Shown: positions 46,693 to 55,770 of the stretch, one piece after another | How the letters are laid out: every line of letters begins with the position of its first letter | How positions within the stretch are numbered: the stretch's first letter is position 1 | Assembly: GCA_945862495.1 (NCBI GenBank) | Contig: CAMAYM010000002.1 | Span: 5,631 to 69,630 of the forward strand | DNA length: 64,000 nucleotides | Direction of reading: 5' to 3' | Source: Bordetella parapertussis | GTDB taxonomy: Bacteria > Pseudomonadota > Gammaproteobacteria > Burkholderiales > Burkholderiaceae_B | Translations under genes and position numbers: made by a program | The notes under the pieces: generated by a model | Database searches by the model: none | Seen by the model: only the letters and a program-made list of their open reading frames with translations | Told to the model about the DNA's origin: nothing

Positions 46693-46697
46693 GGGAC

Positions 46698-47117
46698 TTA
46701 ACCTGCTTTGTTGAGCGCCTCGATTTTTTTGAGCGCGCCAGCAATCGCGTCGCCCGACAAGTTGATGGCAGGAATACCTCGAAAGACAAACGCAATGCCT
46801 GCAACCGCTTGCAGCTCTTGCACTGAGGCACCTGCGCGCAGTGCAGCGACAGCGTGGTTTTCTGCCGCTTGCGAAAGGTTCATTAACAACATGCCAAACG
46901 CCATCAACTGACTAGTCTTTAAATCCAGCGCTTCAGGCTCAAGCAGTTGAGCACGGAGACGCTCAATACCCTCGGTCATCTCAGCAGCGGTATTGACACC
47001 AAGTGTGATTCTTGAGTGGATCCGGTCCGGTACAAAGCCCAGAATATGTTTGTAGTTTTCTTCGAGCGCATCAATCTTGCTTTGATTACTGCTCTGTTGA
47101 TTGTTGTCGTTGCTCAT
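46698..47117 (-). CDS. carboxymuconolactone decarboxylase (AhpD-like) family protein
   Basis: I chose the ATG at 47117 because the longer track ORF would overlap the upstream gene. The product is a ~140-aa helical CMD-like protein (LDLKTSQLMAFGMLL). Confidence 0.7.
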   Translation of the reverse strand: MSNDNNQQSSNQSKIDALEENYKHILGFVPDRIHSRITLGVNTAAEMTEGIERLRAQLLEPEALDLKTSQLMAFGMLLMNLSQAAENHAVAALRAGASVQELQAVAGIAFVFRGIPAINLSGDAIAGALKKIEALNKAG

Positions 47118-47142
47118 AGGCGTTCGTCTAGGTGAGTCTGAA

Positions 47143-48048
47143 TCAGCGTTGATATGGTTTGAAGCCGTAGAGGCGTTCAGCATTCGTGACAAACAGTTTT
47201 TGACGTGCGGCGTCGTTAGGAATCCATGTTTCCAACAAATCGATTAAGTCGATGTCATCAGGCATTCGGGTATGGATACCTGGGTGAGGCCAGTTCGTTC
47301 CCCAGACACAACGATCGACGTGGTGTGCGAGCAAGGTTTCCGCAAAAGGTTTGATGTCAGGGTATAGCGGCATACCGATCGCGGGTGCGGGAACCTCAGA
47401 CATCCGGTACAAGCTAGAGATCTTGACCCAGGTGTCAGGCTTTTGATCCAGCAGGCGGCGCAAGGCTAAAAATTCTTCAGAATCAATACCGTGGCTGCCG
47501 CGTACTCGCCCCAGGTGATCAAATACCAAACCGACTGGACACGCCATCAGACGCTTTTCTAAGCCTGTCCAATCTGTACCATTCAGAATATTGATTTCGA
47601 TATGCCAGCCAAAATCAGCGATCAGGTCTGCAATCGCTTCGAGGTCGCGTGTCGTGGCACCGTTAGGATATTGGTCCATCAGGCGGGCAGCCCGAAAGCC
47701 TGCATCGTGTAAGCGCTGAATATGCGCTTTGGGTGTACCAGGCGCAATCGCAGCAACACCGCGAAAGCGCTCTGGATCCGTCTTGATAAAGTCTTCGGTA
47801 ATGCTGTTGTCAAAACTATAAATCGAACCGTGAACCTGCACGCCACGATGCACACCCATGATGCGATGCATATTGAGCCAGGATTCCCGCGTGCAGACAG
47901 GTGGACTGTACTTGCGGGTGGGATCCATGGGATAGCGATCCACCTGATCAAAGATATGCGCGTGACAATCGATCGTGCCAGCAGGCAATTGTCGCTTGGG
48001 TGCGCGCAAATCTAGAATGGGAGGCAGCGGTGTGGCGTGTGCGTTCAT
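47143..48048 (-). CDS. amidohydrolase_2 family hydrolase (LigI / sugar-lactonase-like)
   Basis: LPAGTIDCHAHIFD near the N-terminus, a ~300-aa length, and a C-terminal WGTNWPHP motif. All are typical of the 2-pyrone-4,6-dicarboxylate lactonase / aldonolactonase clade. Confidence 0.8.
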   Translation of the reverse strand: MNAHATPLPPILDLRAPKRQLPAGTIDCHAHIFDQVDRYPMDPTRKYSPPVCTRESWLNMHRIMGVHRGVQVHGSIYSFDNSITEDFIKTDPERFRGVAAIAPGTPKAHIQRLHDAGFRAARLMDQYPNGATTRDLEAIADLIADFGWHIEINILNGTDWTGLEKRLMACPVGLVFDHLGRVRGSHGIDSEEFLALRRLLDQKPDTWVKISSLYRMSEVPAPAIGMPLYPDIKPFAETLLAHHVDRCVWGTNWPHPGIHTRMPDDIDLIDLLETWIPNDAARQKLFVTNAERLYGFKPYQR

Positions 48049-48054
48049 GATGAC

Positions 48055-49041
48055 TTATGGATTGAGGACGATATTGGCCGCTTTGCCGATTTCTTTATTC
48101 GAGTTGTAGTCTTTTTTGACATACTCTTGAAACGCAGCACGGTCCATGGGAATAATTTCCACACCGAGTGCCTTAAAGCGTTCTTTCACACTGTCACGCT
48201 CAAGTGTGTCTTTCAACGCTTTGGTTAGCTTATCCACGACAGGTTGTGGCATGCCTTTTGGTCCAAAAATACCGGTGTAGGTCATCATGTCAAAATCTTT
48301 GACGCCGAGTTCTTCAAACGTTGGCACGTTAGGGAGTAAGGGTGAGCGCGTCTTGCCTGTTTGCGCCAACGGAATCAGTGCGCCACTCTTGATGTGCTGA
48401 AGTGATGCGGTGAGCTGATCCATCATCGTGTCCACCTGGCCGCCGATCACATCGACCAAGGCTGGACCACTTCCTTTGTAGGGAATGTGATTGAGTTTGA
48501 TGCCCATTTTTAGCGCGAGCAATTCGAGTGCAAGGTGCTGAGTCGAGCCGTTACCGGCTGAACCAACAGAAATAGGATTTTTGTCTGTTTTGGCGCGTGC
48601 TGCAAAATCAGCAAAATTTTTCATCGGGCCTTTGGCTGAGGCACTCAACACAATCGGCACGGCATGAATGGGCCCAATTGCGACTAAGTCAGTCACGGGG
48701 TTGTAGGGCGATGTCGTTGTGAGCGCAGGGGCAATTGAGATTGAACCACTTGAGCCCAAGAGTAATGTGTAGCCGTCAGGATTCGACTTCACGACACCAG
48801 TGCTACCAATAAAACCACCTGCACCGGGCTTGTTTTCGACAATGACCTGCTGACCGAGCAGTTCGGACATCGTGGGGGCAACGCCACGTGCTGTAATGTC
48901 AACGTTACCGCCTGGCGCCCAAGGCACTACCAGTTTGATGGGCTGTTTTGGGAAGTCCTGTGCCTGGGCCTGTGGGCCCACAGCAAAACCAAAGGCGCTG
49001 ATCGTCAACGCCAGGCTGGGTAGAAGTCTAGATAGTTTCAT
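48055..49041 (-). CDS. Bug-family (TctC-like) tripartite tricarboxylate transporter substrate-binding protein
   Basis: The ATG at 49041 follows GGAGAC. There is a signal peptide ending AQAQ, then FPKQPIKLVVPWAPGGNVDITAR, the Bug signature. Confidence 0.88.
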   Translation of the reverse strand: MKLSRLLPSLALTISAFGFAVGPQAQAQDFPKQPIKLVVPWAPGGNVDITARGVAPTMSELLGQQVIVENKPGAGGFIGSTGVVKSNPDGYTLLLGSSGSISIAPALTTTSPYNPVTDLVAIGPIHAVPIVLSASAKGPMKNFADFAARAKTDKNPISVGSAGNGSTQHLALELLALKMGIKLNHIPYKGSGPALVDVIGGQVDTMMDQLTASLQHIKSGALIPLAQTGKTRSPLLPNVPTFEELGVKDFDMMTYTGIFGPKGMPQPVVDKLTKALKDTLERDSVKERFKALGVEIIPMDRAAFQEYVKKDYNSNKEIGKAANIVLNP

Positions 49042-49220
49042 TGTGGTCTCCGTGTTGTTGGGAGAGCGCCAAGCGTTTGAAAGAAACGCTCCGAAGCCCG
49101 AGCAACTGTTTTTGGTATCGCTTAGACTATTGGTTTTAGGGGCAGGGCGCAAGCCATTTCTAGCGCATTCTTTATGCTAACGTAACGCGCACTGCAATCC
49201 TCTGGGTATACCCTGCCTGG

Positions 49221-49246
49221 ATCGTTTAACCGAATCGTTTAACCGA
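49221..49246. repeat. tandem direct repeat 2 x 13 nt (ATCGTTTAACCGA) plus a degenerate third copy
   Basis: Read directly in the divergent Bug / DapA-like intergenic region, 37-62 nt upstream of the GTG at 49283. The third copy (AGCGTCCAACAGG) matches 8 of 13. Confidence 0.7.
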
Positions 49247-49282
49247 AGCGTCCAACAGGTTCGCAAAGAGACAAGGAATAAA

Positions 49283-50218
49283 GTGAATACATTTAACGAG
49301 ACTGCCGAAGGCGTCTACCTCATTACCGTCACCCCATTCAAGGACAACGGCGAGCTTGACCTGCCCAGTACCGATCGTATGGTGGATTTCTGCCTGGAGC
49401 GCGGTGTGACGGGCCTAACGATTTTGGGCATCATGGGCGAAGCCACCAAGCTGACCGCCGAAGAGTCCCGTCAATTTGTGCGTCAAGTGCTCGCCCGCGT
49501 ACAGGGTAAAGTGCCTGTCGTGGTTGGTGCCTCGGCCGCTGGTTTCGCGCCGATGAGCGAGTTGACCAAAAGTGTGATGGACATGGGTGCCGCCGGCGTC
49601 ATGGTCGCACCACCGTCGAGCGTACGGACGGATGATCAGATTTGTAGTTACTTCGACATGGTGACCGAGACCCTCGGACCCGACGTACCGTGGTGCTTGC
49701 AGGATCACCCGACCTCAACCGGCGTACAGATGTCCTCAGGCGTCGTATTGCGCATTTTGAAAAACTCACCTACCTGCGTCATGCTCAAGCATGAGGACTT
49801 CCCCGGTCTGGCCAAGCTTTCGGCTGTGCGCACCGCGATGGAAAAAGGTGATCTGCGCAAAATCTCGATTTTGACCGGAAATGGTGGCGGATTGTTTCTG
49901 CCCGAAGAGCTGGTGCGTGGCGCCAACGGTGCGATGACAGGTTTTGCTTATCCCGAGATGATGATCGACGTATGCAATGCCTACAAGGCAGGTAATGTGG
50001 ATCGTGCCTTTGATATTTTTGATGCGTACTTGCCGTTGGCACGCTATGAGCAGCAGGCCGGCATTGGCTTGGCAGTTCGCAAGCATATCTTGGCACAGCG
50101 CGGCGCGATTGCTTCGGCTGCCGTCAGAAAGCCTGGACCCAAGCTTTCCGCGCTCGACTTGGCTGACATCGCACGGCTTATTTCCAGACAAGAGAAAAGA
50201 CTCGCAGCGTTGGGTTGA
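49283..50218 (+). CDS. dihydrodipicolinate synthase/N-acetylneuraminate lyase family (class I aldolase/dehydratase)
   Basis: GVYLITVTPFKDNGELDL....MVDF....GV.GLTILGIMGE is the DapA-family N-terminus. The protein is 311 aa. The GTG start lies 5 nt after AAGGA. Confidence 0.85.
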   Translation: MNTFNETAEGVYLITVTPFKDNGELDLPSTDRMVDFCLERGVTGLTILGIMGEATKLTAEESRQFVRQVLARVQGKVPVVVGASAAGFAPMSELTKSVMDMGAAGVMVAPPSSVRTDDQICSYFDMVTETLGPDVPWCLQDHPTSTGVQMSSGVVLRILKNSPTCVMLKHEDFPGLAKLSAVRTAMEKGDLRKISILTGNGGGLFLPEELVRGANGAMTGFAYPEMMIDVCNAYKAGNVDRAFDIFDAYLPLARYEQQAGIGLAVRKHILAQRGAIASAAVRKPGPKLSALDLADIARLISRQEKRLAALG

Positions 50219-50277
50219 TTCACCGCAACGTTTAATTTTTAAAACACCTCATCACGTTAGTGACCCGGAGAGTACTC

Positions 50278-50991
50278 ATGGTAGATATGCACATTGATCC
50301 CAAGGTAAGAGATATCCTTGCTGGAATTTCCACCGCAACCTTGACAACAATTTTGCTCAAGAAAGGTTTGCGTAACGTCTGGATGCGTGGGACGAAGCCC
50401 ATCCGTGCCGGTCAGCCGCGTTTGGTCGCGCGTGCGTTTACCTTGCGCTTTGTACCTGCCCGCGAGGACTTGGCGACACCCGAGTCCTGGTCGTCACCTA
50501 AATCGACACGCGGCGCGATCGAAGACATGCCCGAAGGTTGTATCGCCGTGGTGGATTCGATGGGTGTACAGGACGCCGGTATTTTTGGTGATATCTTGTG
50601 CGCACGGATGGCAAAAAAGAAAGTCGCAGCTCTGGTGACGGACGGTGTCGTGCGCGATTTGGCGGGTGTGCTCGGTACAGGGCTGCCAGTTTGGTGCTCG
50701 GGCGCTGCTGCACCGCCATCCGTTGCAGGTTTGACCTTTGTGGATTGGCAGCAACCAATCGGTTGTGGTGGTGTAGCCGTGTTCCCAGGCGATGTCGTGG
50801 TGGTGGATGATGATGGCGCAGTCCTGATTCCAGCCGCATTGCTCGATGATGTGGTGACCAGTGCAGCCGCTCAAGAACAACTTGAAAACTGGATCATGAG
50901 TCAGGTCGAAAAAGGCCATGCGTTGCCAGGGCTATATCCGCCCAACGCAGAAAACCTGGCACGCTACAAGGCTGAAACAGGTCAGAAATAA
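50278..50991 (+). CDS. RraA-like class II aldolase (HMG/CHA aldolase, LigK/GalC-like)
   Basis: A ~238-aa long form of the RraA fold (ISTATLTTILLKKGL; GIFGDILCARM; VTDGVVRD). The ATG at 50278 follows GGAGAG. Confidence 0.75.
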   Translation: MVDMHIDPKVRDILAGISTATLTTILLKKGLRNVWMRGTKPIRAGQPRLVARAFTLRFVPAREDLATPESWSSPKSTRGAIEDMPEGCIAVVDSMGVQDAGIFGDILCARMAKKKVAALVTDGVVRDLAGVLGTGLPVWCSGAAAPPSVAGLTFVDWQQPIGCGGVAVFPGDVVVVDDDGAVLIPAALLDDVVTSAAAQEQLENWIMSQVEKGHALPGLYPPNAENLARYKAETGQK

Positions 50992-51016
50992 TTAAGCTGA
51001 GTTTTTTAGTGCGTTC

Positions 51017-51047
51017 AAAGGCCTGCACCTTAATGCAGGCCTTTTTT
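51017..51047. terminator. intrinsic terminator (strong for + strand, weaker for - strand)
   Basis: An AAAGGCCTGCA-CCTTAA-TGCAGGCCTTT hairpin is followed by TTTTTT. The stop codon of the minus-strand PAP2 gene (51030-51032) lies in the loop. Confidence 0.75.
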
Positions 51048-51866
51048 ATGCTGAGGACCAAAAGAGCGCCAGGTAAACCAGGCAATACTGATGCTTGCGA
51101 TGGCAGCAGCGACCCATTGCGCGGGTTTGGTTTGTGGGAAATCAATCGTCGTCGTCAATAAGATATAGACGCCCACCAAGCCAGCCACGCTGATGATGCG
51201 CATCAACCATGCTTGCGGGACTAAGGCGTGCGCGGGGATGGATTTTGTCAGCCAAGCGCCGGCGATCCCGCTAAATAGGCCCACTGCAGCACCTGCACAC
51301 ACATCGGCAGGCCAATGTGCACCGACTGCAATACGCGCCAAGCCAGCCAGCGTCGCGGCAACAAACAGCCAGCGATAGGCGCTGCGTTTGTGTACTTCTA
51401 GCGAAAAATAAAAAGCCGTCAATATCGCAAAAGCCGTCAGCGTATGACCGGAAGGCATTGAAAAATACGTCAGCGTTTTGCCTATGATATAAAAACTTGA
51501 GGGATCCAAAATCGCAGCAGGGCGGGGCATTTCTAAAGCTTGTTTCAATACATTCGAGAGAATACCGGAGATCGCACCACCCACGAGCGCTGCAGGCAGT
51601 AAGCGCGGTGCAAGCACCAATAAGGGACACGCCAACGCGAACACCCCCCAACCGTTACCCAGCATATTAAAACTTGCCCAAAAAATTTCTGGCAACACAT
51701 GCGCGACACGATTGAGCTGAAGAAACAATTGGGGTTCTGGCGCAAACAACCACAAGCCAAGCCAGACGGCGAGGGGGACCAGGCACCAGAGAAAGTCTTT
51801 GGCATACACAGTCTGGATGGTGCGCGCTGAGGCGTTGCCCTGTGGAGTAGAGGTGTCCTGACTCAT
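51030..51866 (-). CDS. PAP2-family membrane phosphatase (LpxE/LpxF/PgpB-like)
   Basis: PAP2 motifs are present (MPSGHT; ARIAVGAHWPADV) in a polytopic 278-aa protein. The start overlaps the GT9 stop (ATGA). Confidence 0.8.
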   Translation of the reverse strand: MSQDTSTPQGNASARTIQTVYAKDFLWCLVPLAVWLGLWLFAPEPQLFLQLNRVAHVLPEIFWASFNMLGNGWGVFALACPLLVLAPRLLPAALVGGAISGILSNVLKQALEMPRPAAILDPSSFYIIGKTLTYFSMPSGHTLTAFAILTAFYFSLEVHKRSAYRWLFVAATLAGLARIAVGAHWPADVCAGAAVGLFSGIAGAWLTKSIPAHALVPQAWLMRIISVAGLVGVYILLTTTIDFPQTKPAQWVAAAIASISIAWFTWRSFGPQHKKGLH

Positions 51867-53110
51867 GCGCGGGCAGCCTCAAACTGAATTGCCACTTTTT
51901 CCATCACTTGAGAAACTGAGATAGCCTGCATGCAGACATTGTTTGAACAAGGCGTCTTGCGATGATTGGCGGCACTCACGCAAGGCGAGCAGGCGAGTTG
52001 GGCAGTGATCGGGATAGACTTGCCGAGCGAACCATACAGCGCAGGGGTCTCAGGTCCAAACAATACGACGGTATGCAGATTGGTCACAGAAGAAAAGTGA
52101 CCGGGCCCCGAGTCGTTTGTCACCATGACATCGGCAAGGCTATAAAGCGCAGGGAGCTCAGAAAAAGATACTTGGCCGGCAAAATTGAGTGCGGTGGCAA
52201 CCTTGGCACCCACGCGAACATGTTCAACGTATTCAAACTCAGCTGGCGATCCCGTGATCAGAATGAGACTGTCCGGCCATTTGCGATGTAGTTCGACAAT
52301 CAGCGCAGAAAAACGCTCTGGTGCCCAGCGCCGTTGCACTAAGAGCTCACTCGCATTGGGGTTGACCAAAAACAATGGCTGAGTCCCGAGCTTGAAGGCG
52401 CATTGTGCTTGAGCGGCCAGCTGTTCGATACGTGCGAGCACCGTTTGTAGCACGGCCGGCTCAATGACGGCTTGTGCGATCTTGATCGCGTCGTCAGAGA
52501 TATGAATTTTGCTAAAGGGTGTTTCTTGTTCGGTCGCAAAGGCCGCATGAATCAGCGACAAGAAGTTTTTGGCGATATGAATATGAGGGTTGTAATGCAC
52601 CTTGAGCGTCAGCATATTGCCGCGCCACAAGCCTTCGCCATGAAAGATGTGATAGCCGACGCGACGGCGCGCACCGCAAAGACCTGTTAAGAGCGCGGTA
52701 AAACGCGAGAACAGTTCTAAGTCGATAACGGTGTCTATGTTGCGCCTGCGCGCCCAAAAAAGAAATCTCAGCGTATCAAGCGCGAGCGAAACAACCGAGC
52801 TGGAATCAATCGTAAACACATTGTTAGCAGGGACTGTATTGAGCAAACTCAAACTGGCGCGATTACTTTTGAAAATCAAAAAGAAAATTTCAGCGCCGCG
52901 TGCTTGCGCATTGCGCATGGCGGGATCAACGATGATCGCACTCCCCATCTCGGAAAGCTCGATAAACAAGATTTTTCGCGGTGCGCGAGCGGGCCCAGTA
53001 AATAGACGCGTGAACCAGTCGAATAGCATGACAAACGGGGTAAATAAAGCGCAAAGCGGCACACCGACGCGATGGTCGATGGAGCGCATGGTGTCAACAC
53101 TGAGGCTCAT
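51863..53110 (-). CDS. glycosyltransferase family 9 (heptosyltransferase-like)
   Basis: The GT9 C-terminal motif VMVTNDSGPGHFSSV is present, and the protein is ~415 aa. Confidence 0.8.
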   Translation of the reverse strand: MSLSVDTMRSIDHRVGVPLCALFTPFVMLFDWFTRLFTGPARAPRKILFIELSEMGSAIIVDPAMRNAQARGAEIFFLIFKSNRASLSLLNTVPANNVFTIDSSSVVSLALDTLRFLFWARRRNIDTVIDLELFSRFTALLTGLCGARRRVGYHIFHGEGLWRGNMLTLKVHYNPHIHIAKNFLSLIHAAFATEQETPFSKIHISDDAIKIAQAVIEPAVLQTVLARIEQLAAQAQCAFKLGTQPLFLVNPNASELLVQRRWAPERFSALIVELHRKWPDSLILITGSPAEFEYVEHVRVGAKVATALNFAGQVSFSELPALYSLADVMVTNDSGPGHFSSVTNLHTVVLFGPETPALYGSLGKSIPITAQLACSPCVSAANHRKTPCSNNVCMQAISVSQVMEKVAIQFEAARA

Positions 53111-53122
53111 AGGTTAGACATT

Positions 53123-54199
53123 TTAAAGATTTTTTGAAGAGGGTTGCGTTACGCTGTCAGAGTCTTCACGCTTGCGCCTCAAGAGTGACAGGGCACCAGG
53201 CAGGTAGGTCGCGAGTGTCACGATACCAAAGCTCACTGAAGCGAGAACCGTTATGCCACTGTCGATCCCCCACAGCGCTAAGGTGGCGGAAAGTGTTGCC
53301 TCACGCAACCCCCAACCAGAAATACTAATCGGCAGCATCATGAGCAGAGCCAGTGCAGGCATGCCAATCATGAGCGCAGAAAAGGGCGCGCTTACGCCAA
53401 AGGCTTTGAGGCAGCACCAAAAGCTGGTCAGCGCTAAAAGATGTGTCAAGACAGAAATAAGGAGTTGAGGAAAGACGGTGGGCCAACCTAGCCCAGTTTT
53501 GAGCGCAAACATGGCCTGTGGCATACCAACTTTGTTGAGTATGCGCTGAATCAAATCTCGGCTGATGCGTACGTTTAATAAGATTGCGGCCGCCACTGCG
53601 GCGCACAACATTGCGGCGAGTATCCACCAACCTAGGGACTGTCCCCAAGGAGCGAGCATCGCCCCTCCAACAATCAGACCACAGGCGCCCACGATGTTGT
53701 TCGCGAGCAAACCGAGTCCACGGTCCAGAGCGACGCTAAAAAAACCTAAACGTAAGCGAGGAGTGGCACGATTGAGTGCGATAGGGTCGTGGAGTTCTTG
53801 CTGAAGGGTTTGGGTCTGCTCGTGCACCACGTTTCGCTTGTCTGGATGACTATTGGCGTTGGCATGATAGGGTCGACTGCCTTCGACTGCACGATAGCTG
53901 TCGCCCCCGATCGTGCTGGGCAGACCCTGGTTGATCAGGCCGCCGGCAAAATAAAGGGTGATGTAGTCTTGCACGGGACGATAGAGTTTGACACTACGCA
54001 TCAGCCAGCCCCAACGCAAGACCGCTAAAAGATTGGTGAGTACTAGTAGGACTAACGCAAGCGCAAACCATACAGGTTGGATGGCGATCTTGGTGTCTCT
54101 CAGTGCCTGCCAGTCGATGCTGCGTGTCGCGAGCCAGAGCAGGGCGATGGAAAGCACGACACGGATATAAGGCCAGAGTTTTTTAAAAATTTGTTTCAA
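53123..54199 (-). CDS. UPF0104 / lysylphosphatidylglycerol-synthase-TM-like (flippase-like) membrane protein
   Basis: A polytopic protein whose N-terminal pattern K.LWPYIRVVLSIALLWLATRSIDWQAL is typical of TIGR00374-type proteins. The track ORF start (54325) would overlap the upstream gene by 116 nt. I propose the TTG at 54199, 10 nt after the GT39 stop, but the start is uncertain. Confidence 0.7.
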   Translation of the reverse strand: MKQIFKKLWPYIRVVLSIALLWLATRSIDWQALRDTKIAIQPVWFALALVLLVLTNLLAVLRWGWLMRSVKLYRPVQDYITLYFAGGLINQGLPSTIGGDSYRAVEGSRPYHANANSHPDKRNVVHEQTQTLQQELHDPIALNRATPRLRLGFFSVALDRGLGLLANNIVGACGLIVGGAMLAPWGQSLGWWILAAMLCAAVAAAILLNVRISRDLIQRILNKVGMPQAMFALKTGLGWPTVFPQLLISVLTHLLALTSFWCCLKAFGVSAPFSALMIGMPALALLMMLPISISGWGLREATLSATLALWGIDSGITVLASVSFGIVTLATYLPGALSLLRRKREDSDSVTQPSSKNL

Positions 54200-54209
54200 G
54201 GCAAGCGCT

Positions 54210-55751
54210 TTATTGAGGAGTGCCCGGGGTGGTGCCCCAGTGACGACAATGGTAAAAATCAAAGCGTGAGATTTGACGCTCGAAGCGTTTTGCTTCAAAG
54301 GTGCCAATGAGTCGGCACGATTCAAACTCTCCCGGCTTGGTCGGTAGCTCGTACTTTACTTGTGACCAGTTTACAAAAAGGCTGTCCGACCCGGGCGCAA
54401 TATTCCCAAACCAGAGGTCAAACTGATCGAAACGGCTGTCCAGCACGTGGACCGGCAGAGGTCTGGCGTACCAGGCGAGGCGACTGCCAAGTGTCCAGTT
54501 TTTGACAGAAAGGGACTTGAGGTCGTGCGTCAAGGCAAGTTCGCGGGCATGTCGGCCCGCCTGATCCCAGCCCCACAGATCGGCAAGCGGATTTTTACGT
54601 GATAGAGGGTGCTCCGCGGACAATCCGGGGATCCCAACGAAAAATAAGGCGGCAAAGGCGATCAGACAGATGACGACCTGGGCTCGGATAAACGCCAAAA
54701 TGAGCGCCTTGTGCCCACTGGCCCAGCGTTGCGCGAGCGCGAGGGCCGCAAAAGGGGTCATTGCCAGCCAGGCAGGTGCCGTCCAATGCGGTAGGCTCCC
54801 GCCCCCCCCCGACAACAGACCTGTCACGACAAAGGGAATAAAGAAAAACAACAGAAGCCCAGCATAGAGCCATTGGCGGGCTTGAATGATCTGGCGTGTG
54901 GCGAGATACCCACCTAAAAATAGCAAGGGGCCATACGCGACGAGCTGTATCCCTATAAACGCTGCGAGCCTTTTTGCTTGCCAAGCGCCACCACTGCCGT
55001 GCTTGAGTTGATAGGCAAAAGAAATCCACTCATTTTGTGCATTCCAGATCAGCACAGGACTAATGAAGATAAGCGCTAAGAGGGCCGCGAGCCAAGGGCC
55101 GCTGGTCCAGAGCACGCGCACCCCGCGTGCCATCAGGAGTGTCACAATCACGGCTAAAGCAGGCAATACTGCGGTGTATTTGGATAGGCCGGCCAGTCCG
55201 AGCAGGGCACCGAGTGCCAGCCACCGTGGCCATTGGCGCTGTTGTGCGTCGACTTGTGCCAGGCTGAGCGTCAGAGACATCAGCAACAGCACGCACACCA
55301 TGAGCAGGCTGTCTGGCAATAGACCAACGGCCAGAACATGCATCACTGGGGCCAGCAAGACTAACCCGACCGCCCAGAGCCCGACGGTATCGCGCTTGAG
55401 AGACTGTGCGACACCGGGTGCCGGCTCAGAGGCGCGTTGGTCGAATAGCCGCATGGCCAACTGCCGGGCCAGCAAACTCGATACCAACCAAAAGGCCTGT
55501 GGAATCAGACGGATCACACTGTCCGGAGCACCTGCAGCCACCAAGGGCCATTGAATCCAGCCCACCATGGGTGGATGATCGAAATAGCTCCAATCAGGCT
55601 TGGCCGCGTACAGGACATAGTGGGCTTCGTCGACGGACAGCGTCAGCAGAAAGCCAAACCCCACATGGATCAACACGCCTAGCAGCAGTAAACGGCTTAA
55701 GGTGATGAGATGCGAGGTCCTCGGGACGTTGCGGGCACCATGGGTGTTCAC
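54210..55751 (-). CDS. glycosyltransferase family 39 / ArnT-like polyprenyl-phosphate-sugar-dependent transferase
   Basis: A 513-aa polytopic protein. The first periplasmic loop carries a DE motif (LSVDEAHYVLYA...FDHPPM) as in the PMT_2/ArnT family. The start is GTG. Confidence 0.8.
   Translation of the reverse strand: MNTHGARNVPRTSHLITLSRLLLLGVLIHVGFGFLLTLSVDEAHYVLYAAKPDWSYFDHPPMVGWIQWPLVAAGAPDSVIRLIPQAFWLVSSLLARQLAMRLFDQRASEPAPGVAQSLKRDTVGLWAVGLVLLAPVMHVLAVGLLPDSLLMVCVLLLMSLTLSLAQVDAQQRQWPRWLALGALLGLAGLSKYTAVLPALAVIVTLLMARGVRVLWTSGPWLAALLALIFISPVLIWNAQNEWISFAYQLKHGSGGAWQAKRLAAFIGIQLVAYGPLLFLGGYLATRQIIQARQWLYAGLLLFFFIPFVVTGLLSGGGGSLPHWTAPAWLAMTPFAALALAQRWASGHKALILAFIRAQVVICLIAFAALFFVGIPGLSAEHPLSRKNPLADLWGWDQAGRHARELALTHDLKSLSVKNWTLGSRLAWYARPLPVHVLDSRFDQFDLWFGNIAPGSDSLFVNWSQVKYELPTKPGEFESCRLIGTFEAKRFERQISRFDFYHCRHWGTTPGTPQ
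54802..54810 (-). repeat. homopolymeric G9 tract (C9 on + strand) inside the GT39 CDS
   Basis: Read directly as TCG GGG GGG GGC GGG, encoding S314-GGGG. It is the longest G/C homopolymer I noticed in the window. Confidence 0.9.
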
Positions 55752-55770
55752 GTGAAATGAATGGCCCGGT

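Noticed and set aside
54200-54325. A 42-codon N-terminal extension of the UPF0104 ORF, overlapping the GT39 gene by 116 nt.
   Set aside because: The extension is non-hydrophobic and lies inside the GT39 C-terminus. A TTG at 54199 just after the GT39 stop is more plausible, but the true start remains uncertain.
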